A DNA stretch of 64,000 bases from Malacoraja senta (taxonomy: Eukaryota): contig CM075992.1 in the NCBI GenBank assembly GCA_038087875.1, positions 6,634,001 to 6,698,000 on the forward strand, in the 5' to 3' direction. The translations under genes and the position numbers were made by a program. Shown in pieces: positions 1-13,340 of this stretch; positions within the stretch are counted from its first letter, which is position 1, and each line of letters opens with the position of its first letter. The notes below the pieces were generated by a model. That model was not told the origin of the DNA, made no database searches, and saw only the letters and a list, made by a program, of their open reading frames with translations.

Positions 1-903
1 ACTACAACTGGAGCAGATGATTATAGATGAAGTGGTCTTTGGTATATACAAAGCTTTTCACTGTATATTAATATATGTGGCAATAAGAAAACAATAAGTT
101 GAAAGATATTGGCATTTAGAAATATTGGAGATTTGGTAGGGATGAAAATTGGGACATTCCAAGGACATGCTGAATCTTCAGGAAATTGTTGAACTAATGT
201 GTAAGACAGCTGTCCCAGTTTAAATCTTTTCTCGTCTGGCCTTTGAAAAGTTGACTCCATTGTTCAGATTGGATGGGTCTTGAATATTGATGTAAACGTT
301 ATTTGGCACAATCTGTTGAATTGGTCCCGACAGCAATGTTGGAAAGGGCTTTCTCATTTTCCACCTCTTCATTCTCCCTTCACCACCAGCTACTCAACCA
401 CCCTATCATCACTTTCTATGCTGATGCTCCCTGAATAACAATTGCAATATCTAAATCCTCATGGTTGCAAGGTTCTGTTGTGCAAAGCATGCTACGCCAA
501 CTGTGATTCCTGTTCGGCCAATTACTATTGGGCTCTTTTGGAGTGGCTCATGTAATACAATTGTTGCTTGAACACACTGATGGTCTATGCGAAAGGCAGC
601 GTAGTATTAGATGTGCTTGATTTGCACCACAGAATCAAGAGTCATGTAGCTAATTATTAGGCCTTGTCATCAGAAACAACTAATTTGTTGATACGGAGAC
701 AAAAATACAGATGGTATAACTAACTTATGTGGATCGAATGCATCATAAATGCTACCAGGATACTAGACATGAACTTGCATGATGTACTGGCAATATTGCA
801 TGCCAGATAGATATTGTGAGACCAGAGTCCCTTCTACTTTCCATTTGTGGATGAAATAAATGCAGTCAATACACTCTGCACCTTTGGAAAGCTCTCAAAG
901 ATT

Positions 904-962
904 TCGGCACGGACTAGAAGGGCCGAGATGACCTGTTTCCGTGCTGTAATTGTTATATGGTT
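904..962 (+). mobile_element. 59-bp 5'-truncated CR1-type LINE/SINE 3' end with TSD
   Basis: AAAGATT duplicated at 897-903 and 963-969; near-identical to 23740-23819 in reverse. Confidence 0.7.
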
Positions 963-1089
963 AAAGATTGGATAGATTGTTTTTCCATGGTCTCTTCCAT
1001 GTGACCTTATGGAGAATTGCGGAGCAATTTTTTTATTTGCTGACAATATCATTGTTATTGGATGAATAATGGGTAACAATTAGGCAGAA

Positions 1090-2605
1090 GACAGGGGGAG
1101 ATCGATAATCTGGTTGAGTGGTGCCAGAACAAATCCTGCGTTCATTTTTACAAGACTGAGGAGCTGATTGTTGACTTTGGGAACAAAGTCAAGGGACCAT
1201 GCACCTGTCTTCATTGATGGGATGGTGGTGGAGAGAGTCACCGGCTTCAAGTTCCTGAACATGCACATCTCTGATGATCTGGGGCCAGCACATTGACGCA
1301 ATCACCAAGAAAGATGGCCAATGCTTCTATCATCTCAGAAGTTTGAGGAGAATTGGTATGTGGCCAAATTCTCTTTCAAACCTGTACTGGTGCATTTGGA
1401 GAGCATACTGTCTGGTTGCATCATGGCCTGGTATGGAAAATTGAATGCTCAAGAATGAAGGAGGCTGCAGAAAATAATGAACATTGCCTGGTCCATCACG
1501 GGTACTGACCCCACCGCCATCAAAGCGATCTCCAGGAAGCGTGGTGTCAAAAAGTCAGCTAATATCATCAACGACCCAGTCCACCCTGGCTATGCTTTAT
1601 TCTAGCTGCTACCATTGAGAACAAGGTACAGGAGCCTGAGAATCATTACCTTCAGGTTCGAAGACAGCTTCCTCCCGTAAACCATCAGGTTCTTGAACCA
1701 ACCTTCACAACACTAACCACATCCTACCTCAGCACTGAAGCACTAAGATTTTGGACTACGATGGCTGCTCTATATACTTTGGTGTTCGAACTATCATAAT
1801 TTAGTTTACTTATAAGAATGGATAGTTTATTGTCTTCTTGTTTTTATTGTAGTTGCATCTAATGTGCCTGGTCCGAGAACACTGATGCAATTATTAAGTA
1901 AGCAAATCAGCGCCTCTACTTCCTGAGAAGATTACGGAGAGTCGGTTTGTCAAGGAGGACTCTCTCTAACTTCTACAGGTGCACAGTAGAGAGCATGCTG
2001 ACCGGTTGCATCGTGGCTTGGTTCGGCAACTTGAGCGCCCTGGAGAGGAAAAGACTACAAAAAGTAGTAAACACTGCCCAGTCCATCATCGGCTCTGACC
2101 TCCCTTCCATCGAGGGGATCTATCGCAGTCGCTGCCTCAAAAAGGCTGGCAATATCATCAAGGACCCACCCCATCCTGGCCACACACTCATCTCCCTGCT
2201 ACCTGCAGGTAGAAGGCACAGGAGCCTGAAGACTGCAACGACCAGGTTCAGGAACAGCTACTTCCCCACAGCCATCAGGCTATTAAACTTGGCTCGGACA
2301 AAACTCTGAACATTAATAGCCCATTATCTATTTTTTGCACTTTATCAGTTTATTTATTCATGTGTGTATTTACGTATATAATGGTATATGGACACACTGA
2401 TCTGTTCTGTAGTCAATGCCTACTATGTTCTGTTGTGCTGAAGCAAAGCAAGAATTTCATTGTCCTGTCAGGGACACATGACAATAAACTCTCTTGACTT
2501 GTCTTGACTCTTGTAAACCTGCAAGCAAGTAAGCATTTCCTTGTTCTGGTTCATATGCGTGTATATGACAAAAATAAACATTCTTGAATCTCTCTTGAAT
2601 CTTGA
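1090..2605 (+). mobile_element. Older Rex1/Babar-like LINE 3' fragment, interrupted by a younger copy
   Basis: Degenerate RT C-terminus; aataaa plus (cttgaat) tail at 2573-2605. Confidence 0.7.
1871..2512 (+). mobile_element. Young Rex1/Babar-like LINE 3' fragment
   Basis: Open ORF 1947-2309 (FYRCTVES.LTGCI.AWFGN...KDPPHPGH...RFRNSYFP.AIRLLN); aataaa plus (cttga)n tail. Confidence 0.8.
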
Positions 2606-3584
2606 TATGTTACAGAAATTTGCAGCTTTAACCTGGAAGTTGATGATCATGGTGATCCTAATAGCCTTTGGTAATGTAGCTGTACTCCTGAAGTTTGGTT
2701 GAAATTATAAAGGAGCATGTCCCTGAGGATGCCGTTAAAGAGCTGTAGATGCCTCGTGTTATTCTATGTCGAGGTGCAATTCAAATTGCTCACTGAAAAC
2801 TCTTGATGGATATGGCTCCCGACTGAACCTCTCTGGCATATCGTTATTCACTCACTGTCACTCTTCAGTGTGAGAGAATACCACTTAAGCATTATCAGTT
2901 GACTTGAAATATATTCAATAAAAAACATTCACCAACTCATTTGTTTGTACTTGATGATTCTGAGAAACGAAGCGGATTGAGGGATGATCCATCTGTTGCC
3001 GAGTGCTTGATACTCCATGCATTGGCTGTGACACTGAATTCCAGTGTGGCAATGTTGGCAATAAATTAGTGTTAGGCACTAGTTATTGCTGCCTCCACTG
3101 AGTATTTCCAATGTGCAATAACATTACAAGAATCACGATGACAAAGTTCTGCCTACAACTAGGTACTAATGTGTTGATGTCAAATTGAAGCAAATCAGCA
3201 CCCAAAATGCCCAAACAATGGGTAATGTATGACTACATTTTGTGGTTTTTGACTGTTCACAGCAAAACCTGCTGAAGGCTACTAACAAAGGGCAGATGTG
3301 CACCAGAGGAATGAACAACAGTGAGTGACTAACTGATTAATATTTCCTTGCAGGATTTAGAGCTTGTTATTAGATATATAAAACTTGCTTGAGCATGTTT
3401 ATTGGTAATGGTATTTCAAAATACAGCCTTAGATTTAGACAAGGTTTATCTAACTACACAAATCAAGGAATTAAATTCATTTAAATTCAAAGGTGTTAAG
3501 ACACCAAAAATATTTAATTTAACACTTATTTCTGATTTTGACTTTCACCTACTTATTTTTTTTAGTCTGAAGTGAGCAATAGTT

Positions 3585-3676
3585 TGACAATAGACAATAG
3601 ACATTAGGTGCAGGAGTAGGCCATTCAGCCCCTCGAGCCAGCACCGCCATGATCATGGCTGATCACCCCCAATCAG
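3585..3676 (-). mobile_element. CR1 3'-end fragment
   Basis: (gacaata)n tail plus ggtgcaggagtaggccattc, as at the 3' end of the 51.3-kb LINE. Confidence 0.7.
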
Positions 3677-5129
3677 CAGAACTGGAAATGTCTCCAGTTT
3701 GGTTCAGAAATGAAGCCCAATAAATTATTATGCATTTTCAGCTACATGTGTTAATTAAATTCTTTATTGCACAGTTTTTGGAGGTTGGTTGAGATCATCA
3801 GCCTCGTCTATTTACCACTCAAGTGTTAAATTATGAAACTAATTTTCCATGCAAAGTTTACAATAAGTCTCACTTATCTTGCTCCCTTTAAAAAACAGTT
3901 GAATGTTGCAATTGGAAATTTCAGTTTATCAAAGGAATATTAAATGAAGTTGGGTAAGAGGGGTTGAGGTTCAAATCAACCATAATCTAATTGAAAAGCA
4001 GAGCAAATTTGATGACCTGAAAAGTTGCCGCTTGTTCTCAAATATATATATATATAAAGCAATAAGCAAAATGTTACTTCGCCATCTGGCTCTGAGTTTG
4101 ATACAAGATTGACAAATGTGTAAATTAATAATATTAGGCGGTATTTGAAATGAATTCTGAGTTTTTTGGGGACCTACTAAATTGAAAGTTTTGCAGGATG
4201 TGATTAATGTGAACAGTTCAAGGATTGCAGGCTGATTTCCTTTGATTTGCCCGTAGGTTTTTGACATGCTGGAAATGGCATCTTTAAGGGCAGTAATCTT
4301 GTAGAGCAAGAAATCACAATTCTGAAAAAATTGTATGCTTTTAAACGAGCTGTATGGATTAAGATGATGGAAGATTTAAATAGATTGGAGCAAAATATTT
4401 TGAAGCAATTCAGAAGGCAAACATAATTTGTCTAATGGAATAATGAAGGGCAAGCCAAATACATCTAAAAACAAAATTCTAAATATCTACGGATTAATTA
4501 AGCAAACTAAAAATGAATGAAGATAAGTAAATATATATCCTGCAGAAAGTTAAGAATCATGACAGTGTATAAAAGATAAAACAAAATTGAATGAGATCCA
4601 GGAGAAGCTAGAGAAGCAACTGTGGCCATGGTCAAAAGTATAATTATTTCAGTTCTGCAACAAATTGTATGACAATGATTTGAAAACTGAGGACTAGATT
4701 GAAATAGTAAATATTCGGAACAATATATTCCTCCAAATGTTATAAAGGAAAGACATTCTATGGTTCCCCCCCACAAAAGTCATATACTCAAATGTTATCA
4801 CTGATAGAAGAGATGCAAGTCTACATACTGAAAGGATTTTAAACTGAAATTCTTGATTCAACAGCTGCTTCATTTTATACAGCACCGGTCATGATCTCGG
4901 GAAAGGTCTAAGCATTTTACAAACTATTAAGACCTTTTGGAAGTGCATTACAATTGTGGGAAAAGCAGGAGATGTTTTGTGTTCCGTAAGCACTTTCAAA
5001 TGACAATATGATAATTGTTGAATAATCAATTTTTAGTAGGGATGATGCCAAAGAAGATAAAATCTGTGTGAACAGCATGGATAACTTGCTTGTTTGCAAT
5101 AGAGAGGTCTTTTATTTCACTTGACGGAG

Positions 5130-5290
5130 CAACTGGGGCCCCAGCTTAATGTCAAATCCTAAAGATAGCCCCTGTTACTGTGCATTGCAACACAGAAATG
5201 TCAGCCTATGATGGTGTGTTTAAATATCAAGATAAAAACCTGAACTTGCAGCCTTCTGACACTGACAAGAGCTACCAATAGTGCAATAGT
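5130..5290 (-). mobile_element. Highly degenerate Deu-domain-type SINE (SacSINE1/AmnSINE1-like)
   Basis: Recalled similarity only (tgtcagccta...tgaac...ccttctgac...gctacca). Confidence 0.4.
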
Positions 5291-6049
5291 TGTGATGCCT
5301 CAGCCACTCAACAAGTGAAACGCTTGGTACTGCCAGAGTGCTCAATAATTCTTCATGTAGTACAATTTTAATTTCAAGACACATGATCAATTCACTATTC
5401 TACAGTCGTACTAATACAATTTAACCTTGTTTTGTTCTTTATTGATGTGACAGAAAAAGATTGGAAAATACAAATTAAGCATAATGCATAATGCATAATC
5501 CATCTCGTGCCTTATTAATTTAGGAATTTCTTTGCCTGGTTGAAATTACAAAGTGATAATTTAAGATGCGCATTCATTTAATAATTATTCTATCCAAACT
5601 AAATTACATTGAACTCTTTTTTTTTTGTACAGCATAATGGTGCAACTCATAGAATAATAGCTCACAGTGATCCACTTTCGATCCTGACCTCAAGGTGCTG
5701 CTCTTGGAGATGTTCACATTCTTCCAAAGACGACCCTGGTTTACTCTGGTGACTGCAGTTTCTTTGCACAAAATCCTGAGGGTTGATGGATGAATTGTCC
5801 AATATATATTGCCCCTAATGGTTGAATCTGGGGAAGTCGAGGAAAACATGGGCAGAATGAGATGCAATTCATAAATTAGTGTAAAATGGTTACCTCATGG
5901 CAGGCGCAGGGCTTGTTTTCATTCGGTATGATTCATGATATGAATAAACACTTCAATGTTACTGATTTGTTAAATATTCTATAAAAGACATTAGCCAACC
6001 CGATGACTTGTTTATCATTTGATATGGAGTCATATTACATTTTATTTTG

Positions 6050-6352
6050 GATTTTAGTTTAGTTTAGAGATACCCTGTGGAAACGGGCCCTTTTGCCCAC
6101 CGAGTCCACGCCGACCAGCGATCACCCGTACACTATTTCTATTGTCCACATTAGCGACAATTTACAGAAGCTAATTAACCTACGAACCTGCACATCTTTG
6201 CAATGTGGGAGGAAACTGGAGCACCCAGAGAAAACCCATGCGGTCACAGGGAGAACGTACAAACTCCGTACAGACAGCACCCGTGGTCAGGATTGAACCT
6301 GGGACTTTGGCGCTGTATTGCAGCAGCTCCACTGCTGCGCCACTGTGCTGCC
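6050..6352 (-). mobile_element. HE1-like tRNA-derived V-SINE
   Basis: tRNA-like head, central ttcctcccaca domain, (TAAAC)n tail; many copies in the window. Confidence 0.85.
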
Positions 6353-8362
6353 CCAATGGCAATGGAATTGTTTTTCGGAAAGTTAATGTAAGGGGCAGCT
6401 AATGCTATTGTGCTAGACGGATGATCAGAAGCAAAATATACCCCAATAGGTTTTATTTTTGCAATAAACAGTGACTCAGAATGAGGATAATGATAAAACT
6501 GTACCATTAAGAAATATACAATAGCTGGTTAAGTCGGCATTCATTGTTTTTCAATTTTCCCTGTATACTGATTAGACAGTAAAGGGAAAAGCAACCACTG
6601 AATCTGAAAATGCTATTGAAGATATATGCAACATATTTGTTTTGGGGAGAGGAAATAAAATGCAGGAAGTCAAAAGCGAAAAATAATTTATTTTCTGGGG
6701 GGTGCTTGGGGGTATGTCCTCCCAGAAGAGAAGAAAAATTTGCAGTGTTATGTAATTTTTTCCAATGGATTTTTCTTTATTTTGTCATTTCCCATACGGA
6801 ACATCTTTCCTCTGAAGCAGAAAATAAATGTATCAGTTATAGTGAATGCTGCTGCCTGTTCCATTTGAATGGAAATTTTATTATTCATACTTGCAATCTC
6901 AACTCTCTAGTTGGAGTTAAAAGTCACATTTTGAGCCGATGGAAATTAAAAGTGGAAGGGATGTAAAGCTCGAGCTGCAGCCTCACTATTGTGCATAGCC
7001 AAATTACTCCTTGGCAACATATTATTTGCTGAAACTCACAAGTCACGTATAACGACATCCACCTGAATTGTGAATTTAATTTATAAAGCTAATATTTATT
7101 ACTTGTTTAACCATCTTCTGCTTCGAGCTCAATATATTTTCACCAGAGAGTGCGATTTACTGCTTAGAGTTCTATTATGCTTGGATTGGGTTAATTCCAC
7201 ATCAGGAGGAGAGGTCTTACCCCCAACCTGATGGCCTTGGTGAGGCTAATAAGGTTGATAATTTCAACTTGTTGCACATTGATAATGCATCAAGAAAATA
7301 ATTTAAGTACATATTTTATGTTACAAACTATAGAAGAATACTTTGCTTATTTTACTTCATTCGTTCCTGTGGACAAGCTTTGGGATTCCATGTAGATTAC
7401 TACTTAACAGGGTCATGACTATGCTTAAGAAACAAATTCTTTATGATGAGCATGTTAGCACCTGAATGACAAGGAAAGACAATGTTGGTGCTTTCTAATG
7501 TTTCTGCCTATGATTTTACAACCTGTGGAGAGCAATAAATGTTTCTTATTGGTATTTCTAGAGCTGCTGCAGAAGTTATTTATATTTTTAGAAATTACAA
7601 TTAAAATAAAACTATTTATTGGCCAACCAAAATTTACTGTGTAGGAAGGAACTGGTTTAAACTGAAGATAGGCACAAAAATACACAAATTTACTTCCTGA
7701 CATCATAGTCTGAAAGTAGTCTTACTATGTAACTGATTGATCAATGGAAAAAGTAGTCCTTTCTAAGTTGCCATACATTTCGAACCAAAAGCAAATGTAC
7801 TTCACGGTGACCGCACAGAACACCACCCATCGGTAGTTCGTACTTTGTTCCTCTTGACAAATCAGAATACTTAGGGATGAACTTTTCGGATTGGAGTGGA
7901 AGTGAAAATATTAGGATGAAAATATCCACCGCCTTACAAGTTGGCAGACGGTATAAAATTAACATGCATTATAGGATCAGAATATTACCAATTTGCTGCA
8001 GGGAATAGTGTGACTTAGTTAAATATATAGTTAGAGAACATCTAGGTGGTAATCCAACTGCAAAAAATCTGAAATTTTTAACGATGCTTCTGTATCGAAG
8101 TGCATGAAATCACTTCATATTTTCAATATACAGTAAGTTTTCATTTGTCATTCATTGTCCTGAGTGTATTAATTGTTTACTAACAATTGCCGTCCTCGAA
8201 TTTAATAAAGTGTATTTTTTTCAATGGAAATTGTGTGGTATGGGAAGTTCAGACTTTGGATATACCTGTAAATATTGATTGAATTGCCCTTCATATTAGA
8301 ATTGCTTAGCAGTGCTTTTTAAAGTTCGATTCTCTATAATGTATTACTTTTCTCCTGAGCAG

Positions 8363-8455
8363 AGGCTTCTAGTACAGAATGATGTGCAATCGAAAGTGGA
8401 CCAGTTCCCGCAGCTCCAGCTGCCGGGAGTCCAGCAGGTAGCAGTAATGCATCAG
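8363..8455 (+). CDS. RFX1: RFX1 N-terminal Q/V-rich exon (RLLVQNDVQSKVDQFPQLQLPGVQQVAVMHQ)
   Basis: cag acceptor and CAG|gtaac donor; 93 bp, phase 0/0; resembles the 'RLLVQ...' segment of mammalian RFX1. Confidence 0.8.
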
Positions 8456-10552
8456 GTAACAGTTTTAGCAATGTTAATTTAGTCAATGGATAGAGGTTGC
8501 CACAAATACAGAAAATTTTACTAAAGGATAATTTTGATTCCTGATCTAAAACTAATTCAGATTTGGATAAATATTCTGTTAGTAAGTAGATTTCAGAATG
8601 ATCTTTTGCATTTATAATGGATACTATTCTCTATTACTCTCGCTATAAATGAAAAATCGCATAACTGTATGCAGGCTGCTCAATCTGGATTTTTGTACAT
8701 TGTAGTAATATGAATAAAAAAATATCAAAGGGCCTTAATTCGGGGACTACTTAAATATGAAAGGACTACTTAAATATGAAAGGTTTTCTGTAAATGATTA
8801 ACACTGTCAGCTGAATTGGCAGACTTGTGAAACTGTAGCCTAGGTTTTGCAGTAATGATATTAGAACTATCATTGTTTGTGGTAATTCACTGAAACCGAG
8901 AGCAAGTTTGGGATTTCCGCATCTGCATTGTTTAATGCAGAAATCTCAACGTTATTGGCAGCGATTCAACAACCATCCACAGGCAGTCATTGCTTTAAAA
9001 TATCACTTTCTAGTTCATGAACTCCAAGTGAGATTAGAATGCAGTACTAAGAAATAATTACCACCAGGCCAAGTTTCAACCATTAAAATCCCCAAATAAG
9101 TGGATTATGTTGCCTCATGACTATTTAAAATAGAGTAGATTACAAATATATTTGTGGTATTTCAACTTCTACATAATCATATATTTATGTTCCAGTCAAC
9201 ATTTGGCGTTTTGGAACCTTTTTGAACAATGATTTTCCCTTTTGCTCCCTGGCATGCTTCAACATGATTGTTGTTAAGCTAGCTTGACGACATTGCGGCT
9301 GCTGGATATTGGGGACTTTTTTGAGCTTTTTTGCTGATGATTGCCAATATCAAAAAAGCAATGTCAAGACCACAAAAATCTCTTATTCCTTGTGAATACT
9401 ATTTCTCTTCTGCTAATCGCAAAATCCAGACTAGTACTTATTAATCCAGATTGGTACTTATTACTACTCTTATATATTTTTTAATAGTAAAAAGCTAACA
9501 CTATTAATATCAAGTCAATGCTTGCTTCAAGAATGAGCCTGTACTGTGTGATCAGCAGTGCTTGGCACGTGTAGAGCTGAACTCATCAAGAGTGGAGCTT
9601 CTAGAGCAAATGAAAAGAGAACAAAAATTAAGGAAATGGAGGAAGAAAAATACATTTATATTCTGTATGACAACTTGCTTTCACCAAGATGGAATAATAA
9701 TACTGTATGAGGGAATCAGTTCAGCAAATGATCAGTGAAGAAAAAATTTGCTCATTTTAAAGCATAACAAACTATTCACAAAGTATGTCTGGAATTGATT
9801 GGTCATAAAATACTGAGTCATATTATTTTGCGGATCCACCTGTGACTATTACAAATGCGTAAGATAGACATATTGTGTTTGGACCCAGACAAACCAGCCT
9901 GTAATGAGATTGGAGACAGTGTGTCTGCTCTATCTTAGCCTTGGTCTCTGGTGACTATACAGTTAACACTTCCAACATCCATTGCACATCATAATGAACA
10001 TCATTATAGGCAGCGATATTTATACATGCAATCTTCGCTTCATTTACACAATGTTCAGTGAGATAAATTGAACTTTTCTGACCAGTTTAAATCAGATATC
10101 CTGTATCCTGTATTTTATTTCTGGAACTGCACTATAGTGCTTATACCTACTTCTATGTGACATACTTAAACTCTACTTGAATTATTTTACACAAAGTGAT
10201 GATGTTAGCTTCAAAAGAGGCCTGGTCCTCTAAATGATAACTACAAATTTATTTTTAGTTTGCAAGAGAAACAATATTTCTTTATAATGTTTGATTGCAA
10301 AATGTTTTGTTTGATGTGAGTTCAGCAATGCTGTGTTATCCGTATCCTTGTTCTTTGAATTATTTTCAGACTTCAAATAAAGTGTTCTGTCAGCATCATT
10401 TAATTACAAATCACTCTACTTTGGTCATTGTTTTATGTCAGCTAATAGCCTCAGCATGTTAAAGTCAGAAAAATTGGAAAGTACAACCAAAATCTTGTAT
10501 GCTTCCTAGGTTATGCTTGAGAAAGTAATAACGAGATAAGGAGGGATGTTGT

Positions 10553-10942
10553 TCATAGATCATAGAGAATAGGTGCAGGAGGAGACCATTCGGCCCTTCG
10601 CGCCAGCACCGGCATTCATTGTGATCATCGCTGATCGTCCCCAATCAATAACCCGTGCCTGCCTTCTCCCCATATCCCTTGATTCCACTAGCCCCTAGAG
10701 CTCTATCTAACTCTCTCTTAAATCCATCCAGTGATTTGGTCTCCACTGCCCTCTGTGGCAGGGAATTCCACAAATTCACAACTCTCTGGGTGAAAAAGTT
10801 TTTTCTCACCTCAGTCTTAAATGGCTCTCCTTTATTCTAAGACTGTGGCCCCTGGTTCTGGACTCGCCCAACATTGAGAACATTTTTCCTGCATCTAGCT
10901 TGTCCAGTCCTTTTTATAATTTTATATGTTTCTATAAGATCC
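10553..10942 (-). mobile_element. CR1 3' fragment
   Basis: Collinear with 51310-51695. Confidence 0.85.
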
Positions 10943-10959
10943 TATAAGTGCAGATGTAT

Positions 10960-11685
10960 CCATGTGGGAGAATGAGAAAGTGATAGGAAAGGTAAACCAA
11001 CAGATTAAAAAAAAGGTGTATAGGTATGTGAGTGATGGGCAGATGGAACCAGACAGAGAAGGGCAATGAATCTCGGTAATGAGGGAGGAAAAGATGAATA
11101 AAGGGAGAAAGAACATGGGTGTATTGGTGGGGATGTGAAAAGAACATGGGTGTTGGCTACCTGAAAGTGGGAGAAATATGTTTTTTTGTTGGCTATATAG
11201 AACAGACCTCATCCCAAACCTACTCTGGCACCCATCCATTACTTTCTCTCTGTTACACTGATGACTGCATTGGTTCTGCTTTCAGCATGCGCACAGAACA
11301 CAACAACTTTGGCGCCATCTTCCACCTGCGCACAAATTCACCTGGACAATTTCTGACACTTCTTTCCCTTTTCTAGGTCTCTAGAGAGACCTCTAGAGTC
11401 CAGGAGACAAACTATCCAGCAATATCTACTATAAACCGACTGAAACCCACGGCTACCTGACAACAACTCCTCAACATTCTGTCTCAGTTACCAGCCGCTG
11501 TCTCACCCTCGCTCTCACTTCTACATTCTGGCTATCTTCCCTTCACACTGTCAGTCCTGATGCATGGTCTCAACATGAAATGTTGGCCACACCTTTGACT
11601 GTACAGGTGTTGCTTGTCCCACTGAGTTCATCCAGCAGTGTTTTGTTCCAGATTCCATCATCGGCAATCTCTTATGTCTCCCTAT
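10960..11685. mobile_element. Degenerate Penelope-like element (RT fragment plus inverted segment and terminal repeat)
   Basis: FVGYIEQ...YTDDCIG resembles the PLE RT YIDD region; ends in the ctgatg...gaaa..cctgctgagtt.tccagca terminus. Confidence 0.6.
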
Positions 11686-13194
11686 TTTTTTACTTCATCA
11701 TGACCATATTGTCCAAATATTCATTATGTTTTGGGTTTGATTTTTAATACTACTCTCAACATAAGTTTGTGTGGCTATATAAGTTTCATTTATTATTAAC
11801 GGGTTTAAAGGTACGTGTTTTTTATTCAAATGTCTTTTCGGCTGGTGCGAGTCAACATTTCTTTTTAAATTCAAAGTATCAGTTCATGTCTCTGAAGGTC
11901 TATGTTTCCAATTTCAATGTTTTTTTGTTGGTGACTGGCATATGAAAGTATATCAAAAGTAACAACATCATTGAACTTAATATCACAGTTGAATATTCAG
12001 CATATTACCAGTCTGCTGAAAGAACTATCTACTAATTGCTGTCCCTAATTTTGCTTCATAATTCATTCAAATTTTTAACATATACTTTAACTCCTTCCAA
12101 TTTTAATGGCAATACAATGAAATCTGATTACCCCACTACTCCTGGTGGAGCATCTTACACAACAGATTGCTGGTTTAAAACACCTAACTTTTTCTTTCAT
12201 ACTATAGATGAAAAAGCTTCTAATTTATGTTTTTTTTACCATTGCAATTAGATTTTTCTTATTTGTTTTATCGTAACCCATCATTATTTTTGGGAGGTAA
12301 CCACAATTCTTCTCATGACCGTTTCATTCCAATGATAAAGTCCACATTAAACTCCTTAAAGTAATGGTTGTAATTCCTGATGTAATAATAAGTTTGGTTA
12401 ACATTGAAAATTATTGTTTATAACATTTAAGCAAATTTCCTTTATTTTTTAACATATATTTTGTAACGTTTAAGGTTTGCCTTTCATACGTATTATGGCT
12501 GTCAATTGAAGATTGTTGTTCCATACTGATAAAGGCTGTGTTTAGTAATTTAATTATAATTTCTCTTTTTGGTTTCTTCAATGGAGCAATTTCGTCAAAA
12601 CTACACACAGAGCAAAAAATCAGGAATTCTATGTTCTATGTTCACACTTCTTACTTCAAAATAGATAATATTAATCTCGTTTTCACATAGGAAACCTTTT
12701 ATTTAGATTGTCATCATGATAACTCTCAATTTTCTTCACAGTCACTATTTTAAATGTTTTGTAGTGTTCTGTGTATTTTTTTTGTAGTGTTATCTGGTTT
12801 TGTGTCAGTCTTTGAAAGTTATAATGACAAAAATGCCTTCCTGTAGAGGTTTTAATTTATTTGTTTCATGCAATGGCTTAAATTCATAAATATTCTTTGC
12901 TGGGAGTAGATTATTTTAGTTTTGATATTGCAGATATATTTAAAATAATAGATTAATGCATAGTTTATTCATTTAATTGTACTAATAATAATGATTTTAA
13001 TTATTGCAAAGGAAATCTTGAAATATTTAATTACTGAATTTGTTTGTCTGTTTTGGACAATGCATTTTCCAAAGCATTGTTGATGTTTTCCATTACCACG
13101 TTGAGATGTGTGATGAATTTAGTATCTGTACATTACTGATAAGCAATCAAAAGACCTGTTTCAATGCATGAGAGTTGTACTTCAAAAACAAAAT

Positions 13195-13340
13195 CTCATA
13201 AGGTCATAAGTAATAGGAGCAGAATTAGGCCATTCGGCCCATCAAGTCTACTCCGTCATTCAATCATGACTGATCCATCTCTCCCTCCGAACCCCATTCC
13301 CCTGCCTTCTCCTTATAACCCCTGACACCCATACTAATCG
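13195..13340 (-). mobile_element. CR1 3'-end fragment
   Basis: aggagcagaattaggccattcggccc...; sister copy at 40825-40955. Confidence 0.75.

Noticed and set aside
3263-3320. 58-bp candidate exon (ttcacag ... ACA|gtgagt)
   Set aside because: Frameshifting and no RFX similarity; cannot distinguish a poison exon from a pseudo-exon
7003-7018. X-box-like site (…CCTTGGCAAC) suggesting RFX autoregulation
   Set aside because: Only one good half-site; expected by chance in 64 kb
8744-8781. 19-bp tandem duplication (also 9423-9462, 27888-27918, 62234-62308)
   Set aside because: Ordinary slippage-type microduplications in introns or repeats
8941-9027. 87-bp AG/GT-bounded in-frame segment (KSQRYWQRFNNHPQAVIALKYHFLVHELQ)
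   Set aside because: Weak polypyrimidine tract and composition unlike RFX1; compatible with chance without RNA evidence
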